This document shows, in pieces, positions 46,965 to 56,367 of a stretch of DNA of 64,000 nt. A program made the translations under genes and the position numbers. Origin of the DNA: Diplonema japonicum (Eukaryota; Protista; Euglenozoa: Diplonemea). The stretch spans positions 248,001 to 312,000 of the forward strand of contig OZ025749.1 of assembly GCA_964019335.1 (NCBI GenBank). Reading direction: 5' to 3'. The notes under the pieces are model-generated. The model had not been told where the DNA came from. It saw only the letters and a list, made by a program, of their open reading frames with translations, and ran no database searches. The stretch's first letter is position 1; each line of letters begins with the position of its first letter.

Positions 46965-49954
46965 ATGTTCGGCATGAAGGAGGCAAAACCCCTTCAAGAC
47001 ATGGACGAGACGGAGCTAAGGGCCCGCATAGCTGAGATGGCACTGGAGAAGGAATCGCAGTCCACGAAAATGGAAGACAAGAATATGGAGATCGACGAAT
47101 TGAAAAAAACGATAAAAATGTATGCCGATGAGAACAAGAAACTGAACCTGCTGAGGAGAGGCAACGGGACCCCAAGGGGCGGCAGCCACGTCCTCAGGGA
47201 TGAGCTCGCTAGAACACAGGTACATGTTACTATTTTAAAAAAATGAAAAAGAAAAGAAACCAATAAAAAAAAAAAGGCACACAACGACGACCTGCAAAAA
47301 GCAAACGCACACTTCTCAAAAAGCTTGAACGCTGCCGAGAAGCAGCTCACCGCCTCCAATGTCGCCGTGGTGTGGGCACACACACAGGTTTGTGTTTAAA
47401 GGGGGGGGCCGAATAATTCCCTCCCAAATAATGTGTTTTTTCCCAAATTCTTTTTTTTTTCCGGGGATTTTTCCACTCCAAATTTCCCAAATAATTCCCG
47501 ATCTCCTTTTTTTTTTTTTTTTTTGAGGGGACGGGGGGGGGGGGGGCTGTAGAGCTGTAGACGTGGCTGACGCCCGACCAAGAAGTGGAAGGCAGTTTAT
47601 TTTATTCAGAATGTAATGCCAAGCCCAGGCACTGTTCATCAGACTTTCAATCTTAAACCTCTTTAAAATGGCCTTCTTACCCCCTACGGATGAGGACTGG
47701 TACGTGTACGACGGGCAGTTGAACGCAAACCCGTGCGGGTGAAGAGCCTGAGGAGCAGGAGCAAGAGCAGGAAGAAGTACATGAAAACAAGAGGAGACGC
47801 CGTGAGTACACCGTGGCGGAGAAGTTGTGGATAATTGCCTTGTGCAAGACGGCGGGTGCGGAGGTGGTGTCGCGGAAGTACGCCTTCGCAGGCGTGACCT
47901 TGCCAGTATTATGGCAAATGAACAGGCGTACATCGACTTGTTCAATAGCCGCGACGCCAAGGCGAGGGTGAGGAGGAGGGCCCCAGGAGGCGGGAGGCCC
48001 CCACAGTTTCCTGACCAGGAAAAAAAAGCGGGGGACGAGATCCGCAAATTACGGGAAGAAAAAAAGCCCTGCACCAACCTGCAGGCCCGACAACTTCTCC
48101 AAAAGAAAATCCGCCAGTCCGACCCCGTCAACAGCAATTGTGTGCTGTCTGACAAGGTCTTCGCCTCCTTCCTCAAGAGGCAAAACCTTAGTGAGAAGAA
48201 GGTCAGCAGGCTGAAGGGGAAACCGGTGGCGGAGAGGAAGCTTGAAGCTGCACGCTTCTTTAAGTTCCTGCACTCCGTCCACCGACTCTGTCCGACTGCA
48301 ATAATTTGCAACATGGACGAGTCGCCTATCTGCCCACTCGGCAAACGCCTCCTCCGCGTCGTCGGCCCGGTTGGGGAGGATGCCGACATAGACGACCCCA
48401 CGATCGCTGCCAAAAGGCTCGCCAGTGCGATCATCACCATCATCAACACCACCGACAAGCAACCAGAGCCCATCGTGTTGCTGAAGAAGGACAGGCTCCC
48501 GTCCCAGGGAGAAATAGACAAGTGCAAAGGGGTGCAGGTCGCAGCATGCGAAAGTGGAGTTGTGGGTTCTGACTTTTTTATTAATGTCTACATCCCATAC
48601 TTGCGTGCTGCGGTGCCTGAAGATGCGACGGTGCTGCTGATTTTGGACTCAGCCAGAGGCCACATCAGCGATGCAAGCAAGGCGGCCATGAAGGCTGCAA
48701 AGATTATACCAGCTGTGATCCCTGGTGGGCTTACCACGGATCTACAACTTTTAGACGTTTTTTATTTTTCGTTATTTAAACTCCATTTTGAGGGGTTAGG
48801 AGGGCTGTGGCATGCCAAAGCAACTGAGGCGGGACGTGGGTCGATGACTGCAGCAGAGCGCCGTATCAACGTGGCACTGTGGGTAGGGCAGGCACATGAG
48901 AAGGTCATGCAACTGCTCGACACCTCTACCTGTATGCGGTCTCTCGGCTACCTACCAGGTAGTTCCGTGGAGACCATACAGCTAAGAGCACTTGGCGAAG
49001 TAAGCACTTTGAAGGAGTCGGACCCTTTAGACAGTGCAGCACAGAACGTTGTTGCGGGTGTGACAACGGACACTACACCCGAGACTCCAGCCTCCCAAGC
49101 CCTTGCAGTTTCTCAAACCCCGACAGACTCCCAAGAAGCTTCTCAAGCCCCAGCGGCCTCTCAGACCCCCGCAACCTCCCAGCAACCACCTAACGCCAAA
49201 ACCAGGCGGATTGTCTGCGACGTTTGTGGGTTCTCCACAGCCTGGGAGAAGAACTGGCAAGAACACAAGACCAAGAAGTGCTCCAAGCCCCGCTCCCTGT
49301 TATCCATGTGGCAGGCCCCCCAGCCCAAATAAGTACAACCCAAATAAGTGTATTCCAAATAATTCTTTTTTTTTTTGGAGCCCAAACACCCCCCCTCCAC
49401 TGCCCAAATAAAGGGATTATTCGGGGGGCCCCTTTAAAAAAAAAAAAAAAATCCTTCTTAAACAACAGCTCAAAGTCGTCGCGCAAGAGGTGCAGGCCCT
49501 CAACGCCGATTTAGAGCAGGTTCAAGGAACACAACTAAGGGGAAAGAAAGCACGCAGGTCTGTCAGCCCCGGCCCGCACCACGGAGAAGCAGCTCAGAAG
49601 GTCCTCTCCGACCTGTGCACTCTGATTACACAGACAGACCAAGGAGTGCAGGCGTTGAGGAAGAGATTCGTCACCTTGGATATCGAAGAGAAGGTGAAGG
49701 AGCTTGAGACGCAACTGAAACAGTGGAAGACAAAGGCAGAAAGGCAGATGGGAGAGGTGGACAAGATGGACATCGAGAACAGGGAACTGAGGGACAGGCT
49801 TAACAACGGGGGCTTCCCCATGCCGAAGGAGGAGTCGACACGCATTGTGCAGCCGGAAGTCATCAGGATGCCAAGCCATGCGGCACATAGCGTCAATTCC
49901 GAGCACTGGCCTGTGAGGTCTGTTGCTTGTCAGACACCGAAGGGAGATGAACAG

Positions 49955-50010
<56 letters not shown>

Positions 50011-50288
50011 CCTCAAACAATACATAGTGGATTTGGAGTGTCAGTGGGGACCGGTCGCCTCGTGCAGGGAGGTCTGCTGCTACAAGTGTCTGGGATGCAC
50101 CCCCAGGGCCTGGGGTGACCCCTCCGGCGTCTCCCAGTTGGAACTCCCCTTCCCAGACATATGACTCGCCTAAAGCGCGACGCACGACCTCACCCGGCCG
50201 CAGCCATAAGGGTCTTGTGTCCTCAGCCGTTCTGAGGCGCCATATTGGTAGCCGCAGCCCCTTCAGGGGGAGTAATGCCTATGCGTGA
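46965..50288 (+). CDS. Coiled-coil hypothetical protein; introns 47220-47276, ~47370(or 47388)-49468 (contains pogo element), 49955-50027
   Basis: Four exons join in frame across GT-AG boundaries. Confidence 0.75.
47399..49434 (+). mobile_element. pogo-family (Tc1/mariner superfamily) DNA transposon inside an intron
   Basis: TIR AAGGGG....CCGAATAAT at both ends, flanked by TA (TTTAAA). DDE_1 motifs NMDESP, LILDSARGH, IPGGLT..LQLLD. N-terminal HTH (KRRRREYTVAEKL..I) lies in another frame from 47789. Confidence 0.92.
47789..49332 (+). pseudogene. pogo transposase with a 1-nt frameshift at ~47882 and C-terminal zinc finger
   Basis: HTH frame ..VSRKY joins LRRRDLASI only if one base is added; DDD triad intact; CDVC..H....C at the end. 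Confidence 0.75.
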
Positions 50289-50349
50289 GGAGATTTTTTT
50301 TTTTTCTTTTTCTGATCTCCCCCTTCCCTCTTTTGCTAAAGAAAAGAGT

Positions 50350-50405
<56 letters not shown>

Positions 50406-51093
50406 AAGTGTGTGCTCTCTTCCTCTCTTTTTATGATCTATTTATGCCCTTTATAAGTGGGGGGAAAAAAAAAAGAAAAAAGAAGGGGGTGAAAAAAAAA
50501 AAGAAAGAAAAAAAAAAGAAAACAAGATGATATGTGCGACTTGTTTTTACCTTGTATTGTACCGACTTTTTTTGATTTTTTTTTTGATTCTTAAATGAAG
50601 TTACAGGGGCGAGCGCAGGGGAGGAGATAAAAAAGAAAAGGATGGAAAAGAAGAAGAAATAACCCTTTTTTTTATATAGATCTGAAAAAAAGATACGAAT
50701 TGGAAGAGAAAGGTGTCGGGCAGGGAGCGTCCGCAAGAAGGGGTCAGCATCATTAGCAAGATGCGCCGTTGCCCCTTCCCCCCTCCCACGATTTTCTCTT
50801 TTTTTCATTTATAAAAAAAAAAGAAGTTTTTCAGGTTCGCTCTTTTTATTTTTTGTTGTACCTAGTTTCTCTCTTTATTTTTTGTCGCGCAAAATTTTCC
50901 CAATACTCCCCTCTCTTTTTGTCGCGTTTGCACCACCCCCCACCCCATTTGAAGAATCCGATTTTCTTGTTTGTTTTTCCCCCTTTGTTTTTGCACCCCC
51001 CCCCCCCCCCCCGTTTACCATATTATATTTATACCCTCATTTCTCCCACCCCATGCCTTTGCGTAACTATAAGAAAAAAAAAAAAGAAAGAAA

Positions 51094-53373
51094 ATGGGTT
51101 GGGAACTCAAAAAACAAAGATTCGATGTGCACCAAGCAGAAGGGCTGGAGCTTCAGCGGAAAGGGCTGCTGAACAGGGCTGTAGTATGCTTCACGAAGGC
51201 GCTCTCCTACAAGGAAGACGTTCAGGCCTTGTTGGCAAGGAGCAAGTGCTACGTGTTGATAGGCAAGCCCGAGCTCGCACTGAGCGACGCGGAGTCTGTC
51301 ATTCTAATGGAAAACTCTGAGAACTACGACGTGAAGAGGTACGGGGCGCATAAGGGGCTGCTCCAAAAGGCAGAGGCACTGTACGCAAGAGGGGACTTCG
51401 AGGATGCCCTCCTCTGCTACCACGGAGGGTACAGCCAGAGGGGCGATATCAGCGGATTCAAAGACGGCATTAAAAAAGCAGAATCTGCTATCTTCTCTTC
51501 CATCAAACCAACGTCGACAGCTGCGCCCTTTTCGAGCCGGGAGTCTACCGTTTTTTTTGATTTAGCAGACGACTCACCGAAGGCAGCCGCGTCACGAACG
51601 ATCGACCAAGATGGCAGTGTTGACCTGTTTGGGATCGCCGCAGGACTTCCGCAGCAAAGTGCGCCCGACGTCGTCAGGAGGTCCATCGTGTGTCCCACCC
51701 CGAATGCCGTCCCCACGTTGCTTGAGGATGCACTCCCTGAATTCAAAACCGACATACAGCTGCTGCGCTCCCTCCTTAGCGATTCCGCTTTTGATAACTC
51801 TAAGAATATTAACAACATCCTGGACCCCTACACTGAGAGGAATAATAATAATAACCCGTGCAACATGTACATCTACTCCGTGGGGCCCCGCAGACCCCGG
51901 GCAAGGAGGCAGTCTCTTCCGTCGCCCCCTGCCACCCCCGTGCCACCCTACTACGGGCGGTGCTCCGCAGAACGCGCACAGCAAAAAAAGATGGCCACCT
52001 ACAAGCGAAAAATAACCGAACAGCAGCAGCGGCAGCAACAACCACAGCAACTAAAGCAACCGGTTCACGGCCAGAAGCGGCACTGCAGCAAGTACCGTCG
52101 ATACAAAGAAGGGCTTGTGTCGGAGGAGGAGAACAATAAGATGAGGGCGGCGCTCAACGAGACAATGGAGTACTTGGTGGAGAGGAAGAAGTTCTGGGTG
52201 CAGGGCAAGAGAACAGAGGATGTCGAAAGAGAGAAACCGTCCCCGATGCCTCACCTGCGGACGATGCTGAACTTCGCGAGGCCAACGAAAACCATGGCGC
52301 TACGGCACAAAGAGACGAGGCGGGTCAACAGGCTGCGAAAGGCACACATGAGGCCCGTGAAAAACGGCAACCAGAATACGGTGCTGACTGTAGACGCTGA
52401 TGCCATTAGAAGCAAAGGTGGTGTGCTGGAGGAAGGACTGCGTCACACCAAGTCTCCCAAGGCAAGCACGCCCGCACCGACACCGACACCCATTGCGGCG
52501 TACCATTCTACCACGCTGCCCTTCACACCTGCGCCTCCACGTTCGGTGACCCCCGACTGCTGTGTGATGGAGTACAACATTATCACACCAAAAGTGCCAT
52601 GCGAGGAGGACATGATCCACGGGTCCTTCTGGGCGGCAGGGAAGGGGCCCCGGGGGCTGGCAAGAGACAATGAATGTGAAAGAAATGATTCCATGAACAT
52701 ACCTCCACGCCCTGCATCGGCGGCAATGAGGCGCAGCAGTAGGTCGCCGGTGCCAACGCTTCCTGCAAGGGCGCAATCGGCGCTCGGGATGAGTTCCTTA
52801 CGACGGGAGCAGCTCCATACAAATGTTGCGGAAGAACCAAAATATAACGAGAATGAGTTTCCTGCCGACAGCTCGACAGACGATGGTGAGGACCTACCCG
52901 TGTGTGGCAGCATGGGCGCTGTTCAGTATGGCGAGCAGGCAGAACCGCTCGTGACATCGACCCTTGAGGCCATTTACTCGTGCATACAGTGTGCGGACCT
53001 GCATTCGGCTGTGAGCCTGGCGCGTAACTTATTGTCAAGCCTCACGAACGTTGTGATGAAGGGCAGCACGAAGCTAAAAACTGACCTGTACGACCTCATT
53101 GGGACTAGTTACATCCACCTCAAGGACTACCAGCAGGCACGTGTGTACTTCACCAAACAGCTTGTGTTGGCAAAGAAATACGGCGACACCGATGCCTATG
53201 AGCGAGCTGTGTCGCAGCTGTCGGCAGCCTACCAATATGGCGACAGGCACGTCTTGTTGCCCACATTCCCCGTCGACCTCAGTGGCGAAACGCGGAGGCA
53301 CCTCATGATGGTGCGCAACGTCATGGCGGCGGTTGCCACGTCGGCCCTCTCGCTTCTTGTTTGCGTTTGCTAA
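51094..53373 (+). CDS. TPR protein, TTC25/ODAD4-like
   Basis: ARSKCY..G..E.AL.DAE, KGLLQKAEALY..GDFE.AL..YH.G, F..GI.KA..AI; C-terminal TPRs. Confidence 0.75.
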   Translation: MGWELKKQRFDVHQAEGLELQRKGLLNRAVVCFTKALSYKEDVQALLARSKCYVLIGKPELALSDAESVILMENSENYDVKRYGAHKGLLQKAEALYARGDFEDALLCYHGGYSQRGDISGFKDGIKKAESAIFSSIKPTSTAAPFSSRESTVFFDLADDSPKAAASRTIDQDGSVDLFGIAAGLPQQSAPDVVRRSIVCPTPNAVPTLLEDALPEFKTDIQLLRSLLSDSAFDNSKNINNILDPYTERNNNNNPCNMYIYSVGPRRPRARRQSLPSPPATPVPPYYGRCSAERAQQKKMATYKRKITEQQQRQQQPQQLKQPVHGQKRHCSKYRRYKEGLVSEEENNKMRAALNETMEYLVERKKFWVQGKRTEDVEREKPSPMPHLRTMLNFARPTKTMALRHKETRRVNRLRKAHMRPVKNGNQNTVLTVDADAIRSKGGVLEEGLRHTKSPKASTPAPTPTPIAAYHSTTLPFTPAPPRSVTPDCCVMEYNIITPKVPCEEDMIHGSFWAAGKGPRGLARDNECERNDSMNIPPRPASAAMRRSSRSPVPTLPARAQSALGMSSLRREQLHTNVAEEPKYNENEFPADSSTDDGEDLPVCGSMGAVQYGEQAEPLVTSTLEAIYSCIQCADLHSAVSLARNLLSSLTNVVMKGSTKLKTDLYDLIGTSYIHLKDYQQARVYFTKQLVLAKKYGDTDAYERAVSQLSAAYQYGDRHVLLPTFPVDLSGETRRHLMMVRNVMAAVATSALSLLVCVC

Positions 53374-53535
53374 TCCTCCCCCTTTTATTAAAATTGTGTC
53401 CTTTCTTTTCTAAGAAGAGTTTCTTTTTTTTCTTTCTTCCACCGGCATGCTTATCGTATAATATATTTCTGTCTTCATTCTTCCCACCTATGAGAATGTA
53501 ACACAATCATCCACCTAGGGTAGCCCACCCTTCAG

Positions 53536-54627
53536 ATGCCGTATCAAGGTCAAGGGATGCCCCTGAGGCAGCGGGATGCGAATGTGCCGCTGCAGAAGAA
53601 AGTGAAAGGATCGGGCACGTTGAAGCTCCCGCCAACTGCGGTGGTGAACAAGAGCACAGGGGAGTGGGAAGAAACGGACATCCACCGATTGGCGCAGAGG
53701 AGGAAGCAGCTATACTTCGGAAAAGTAACGCAAGGGTACAAGCACTACGTGGCGAGGGTACCGAGGGAGGACAGACAGGAAGGGAACGACTCGCACCCCA
53801 TGACCCCGAGGCTGAACCAAGTGTGCAGCAAGCGATCATGGGACTGTCAGGTGGGGAAGTGGAGGAGAAGCCTTCATTACTGGGACTCGAACCCCGATCC
53901 TGAAGGAATGCGGAAGTGCCCCGAGGAGCTGAAGCTGAACAAAGAGAACAACATACAGAGCCAACCAAGGCTCATCCCCACCCACATCAACACAATGCAG
54001 CCCACGGTGAAGGTGAAGTACACCATCAACGGGGACGACCACTGCAAGCTCCTCATCACACCGCTCAAGACGTCCTTCGATGCTTTCGCAGCACACTTGG
54101 AGGACAAGAACGGCACCCTCTTCAGCATGTACTACTCGGATGCTGACGGTGATGTTGTGGACGTAGATGACGATGTGTCGCTCCGCTCGTTCCTAGACTG
54201 CGTGGCCGCTTCAAGCCCTCCACCGAAGCTTTGTGTTGACCTGCTCTCGCACACACCTTCCGAAATTTCAAAGGCCCTGCACGTTCTGCGGTCGAAACTG
54301 CCAATGAGCCAGGTTAACATGATCTCAGAGGTGTGAGGGGGGGAAAAAAAGGGGGAGAAAAAAAAGAAACCACAGAAATTTTCCATCGACTTCTCCCACA
54401 ACGCCCATCGAGGCCATGTGCCGCAGGCTCATTCTTTGACCCCTGTTAAAAAGCCCATTCTTCCTGAGCTGGTCGAAATGGTGACTCCTACGCCTGAAGG
54501 GAAGGTTTGGTTTTTTTTATATTTTTTTTGTAAAGGAAATATAATACAGACGCCTGCCATGAATGTATACAACGCAATGTGGACACCCGAGTCAGAGTGT
54601 AAGGAAAGGAGAAAGTTGTTCTGCTGA
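53536..54627 (+). CDS. Histone stem-loop-binding protein (SLBP) RNA-binding domain fused to a PB1 domain; introns 54331-54375 and 54505-54549
   Basis: ETD..RL..R.KQ..FGK.T.GY..Y...VP...R....HP.TP.....SKRSWD.QV.KWRR.LH.WD; PB1 VKVKY..Y.D.DGD.V....D..L. Confidence 0.88.
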
Positions 54628-55437
54628 GCAGTACTCTCGCCGCGGCCTGAATCAAAAGCGACTATTTTCCTCTTCTTTTTTTTTCCTTTTTTTTTTTTCC
54701 TAGACTTATTGGGGGAAAACATTCCCTTGTTTTTTTATTTTTCGGAACGTGTTTTAACACGTGTAATTTTATTCTCCCACCCCCTGCTTCCCCCCCCCTG
54801 CCCCTTTTCGAGCGAACTGCAAAGGGTCATGTAGATCACCGCCCTCTTTCCTTATTCTTTTTTTATATCACTTCCCCCCCTTCTATCTTTCCTGAAAAAA
54901 AGAAGCGAGCCATCAGAACCGTACCTTTCACCATACTTCAAAAGAAAACTTGGTTCTTGCAGAAAAGAAAAAAAAAGAAAAAGAAGAGGAATAAAAGAAA
55001 AAAGAAAAAAACTGTGGTTAATATTTTTGTAAAGGCAACAACACCTGTTGCTTCTCACTTGTTCCCACTGTTACTTTTTTTTTTTTCTCCTTTTTTTTTT
55101 TTTACCAAAGAGAAAAAGAATTTTTAAAATAATGGGCTACTTGGTCCCCCCCCCCCCCTTTTCTTTTGTGCTTTGGAAGCACAAGAAAAAAGGGAATTAA
55201 AACAAAAATAGCAACCTAGTTCCAACGGGCACTTTTTTTTTCTTTCGATACCCCTCCCTTAGAATTTAACCCCCCCGCGGGAAATGTAGTTTTTTTTTCC
55301 TCTTTTTCCATTCTCACCCCCCCCCTCCCCTAGATTTTTTTCCGCTTTAGATATATTCCCGTTCTAAATTCCCTCTCAAGAATCTTCATCGCCCACATCG
55401 TCCCCTTTTTTTCTTTTTTTGGGGCAGCAAGACCTTT

Positions 55438-55799
55438 GGCCAGGTCTAGGTGCGCAACGACACCTCCCCTTAAGCGAGTCGTTTCAGGGAAGTCTGTGCC
55501 GATGTGACAGGATCCGATAGGCGGGGGGATATGTCACCCAGGCACAGACAGACCTCTCAAAACAAGGGTAACATGGATCGCATTTGGCTTCGGCAAAAGA
55601 AAAAGATGCCCCCCACCCTACCGCGAGGAAACGGGGACCAGGCACGCCATGTCCGAGAGGTGGCGCCGCACAGGTTGGAAAGAAGCTCGCTCCAATGTCG
55701 TTGGGCTACATACACCCCACCCTATGTACTTTATGGCACACTTGGAGCCGACTGTGGTGGTCGTACTGGGCGCCTGACTTGTGTCACCTTGACGTTAAA
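55438..55799 (+). other. GC-rich structured island (SINE-like retroposon or ncRNA)
   Basis: Several hairpins with cUUCGg and GNRA loops; flanking near-direct repeats AAGACCTTT / AAGATCTTT. Confidence 0.45.
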
Positions 55800-55960
55800 A
55801 AGATCTTTTCCTTTTTTTCTTTTTCTCCCCCCCCCCCCCCGTTACTAGGTGGAGCGTTAAATAGGAAAACGCAAAAACCAGTTTCTTTTTTTCTTTCTTT
55901 CTTCAGTGCCACTTAGGTGCTTTTTTTTTTCTTTCTTTAATTTCCCTTTTCTTTTTTTTT

Positions 55961-56230
55961 GGGGGGACATCCACAAATACACCTCGTACCCAAAAAAAAA
56001 GTCGAATATTCATGTAATAAATGTCATTTTTTTTATTTTATTTAAAACCCAAAATGGGTTTATTTGGGTATGGGAGGCAGAGCAGGTCTTGGTAATTCCC
56101 AGACCCCAAAACTTTGGGTATTAAGTAAATCTCATAACTTTTTTTTGGGCATTAAGTGAATTTTGGACTTTTTTTTAGGTACTAGGTGCATTTCGGCGCT
56201 TTTCTTGGGTATTAAGTGAATTACCCCCCC
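55961..56230. repeat. MITE-like remnant with ~31-bp-period subterminal repeats
   Basis: Four copies of T(G/A)GG(T/C)A(T/C)TA(A/G)GT(G/A)(A/C)AT at ~56115-56222; inverted copy at ~55975-55994. Confidence 0.5.
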
Positions 56231-56367
56231 CATTTTTTTTCCCTCTCTTCTTTTCTTTACATATCTCAATTCCTATTTCCCTCTTCACACCAAACAGAAG
56301 ATAAAGTCTACATTAGACGAAGAACGGGGCAAAAGAAATAAAAATAAATAGCGCGGATGCATAAGCC

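Noticed and set aside
55450-55790. Group II intron (GTGCG start, GAGCCG...CGTAC near the end)
   Set aside because: Domain V pairing is poor, the segment is too short, and it does not interrupt a gene
228-56124. Numerous short ORFs rich in poly-Lys/Phe/Pro/Gly
   Set aside because: Translations of intergenic or intronic homopolymer runs
56115-56222. CRISPR-like repeat-spacer pattern
   Set aside because: Degenerate repeats, ~14-nt spacers, eukaryotic context, no cas genes
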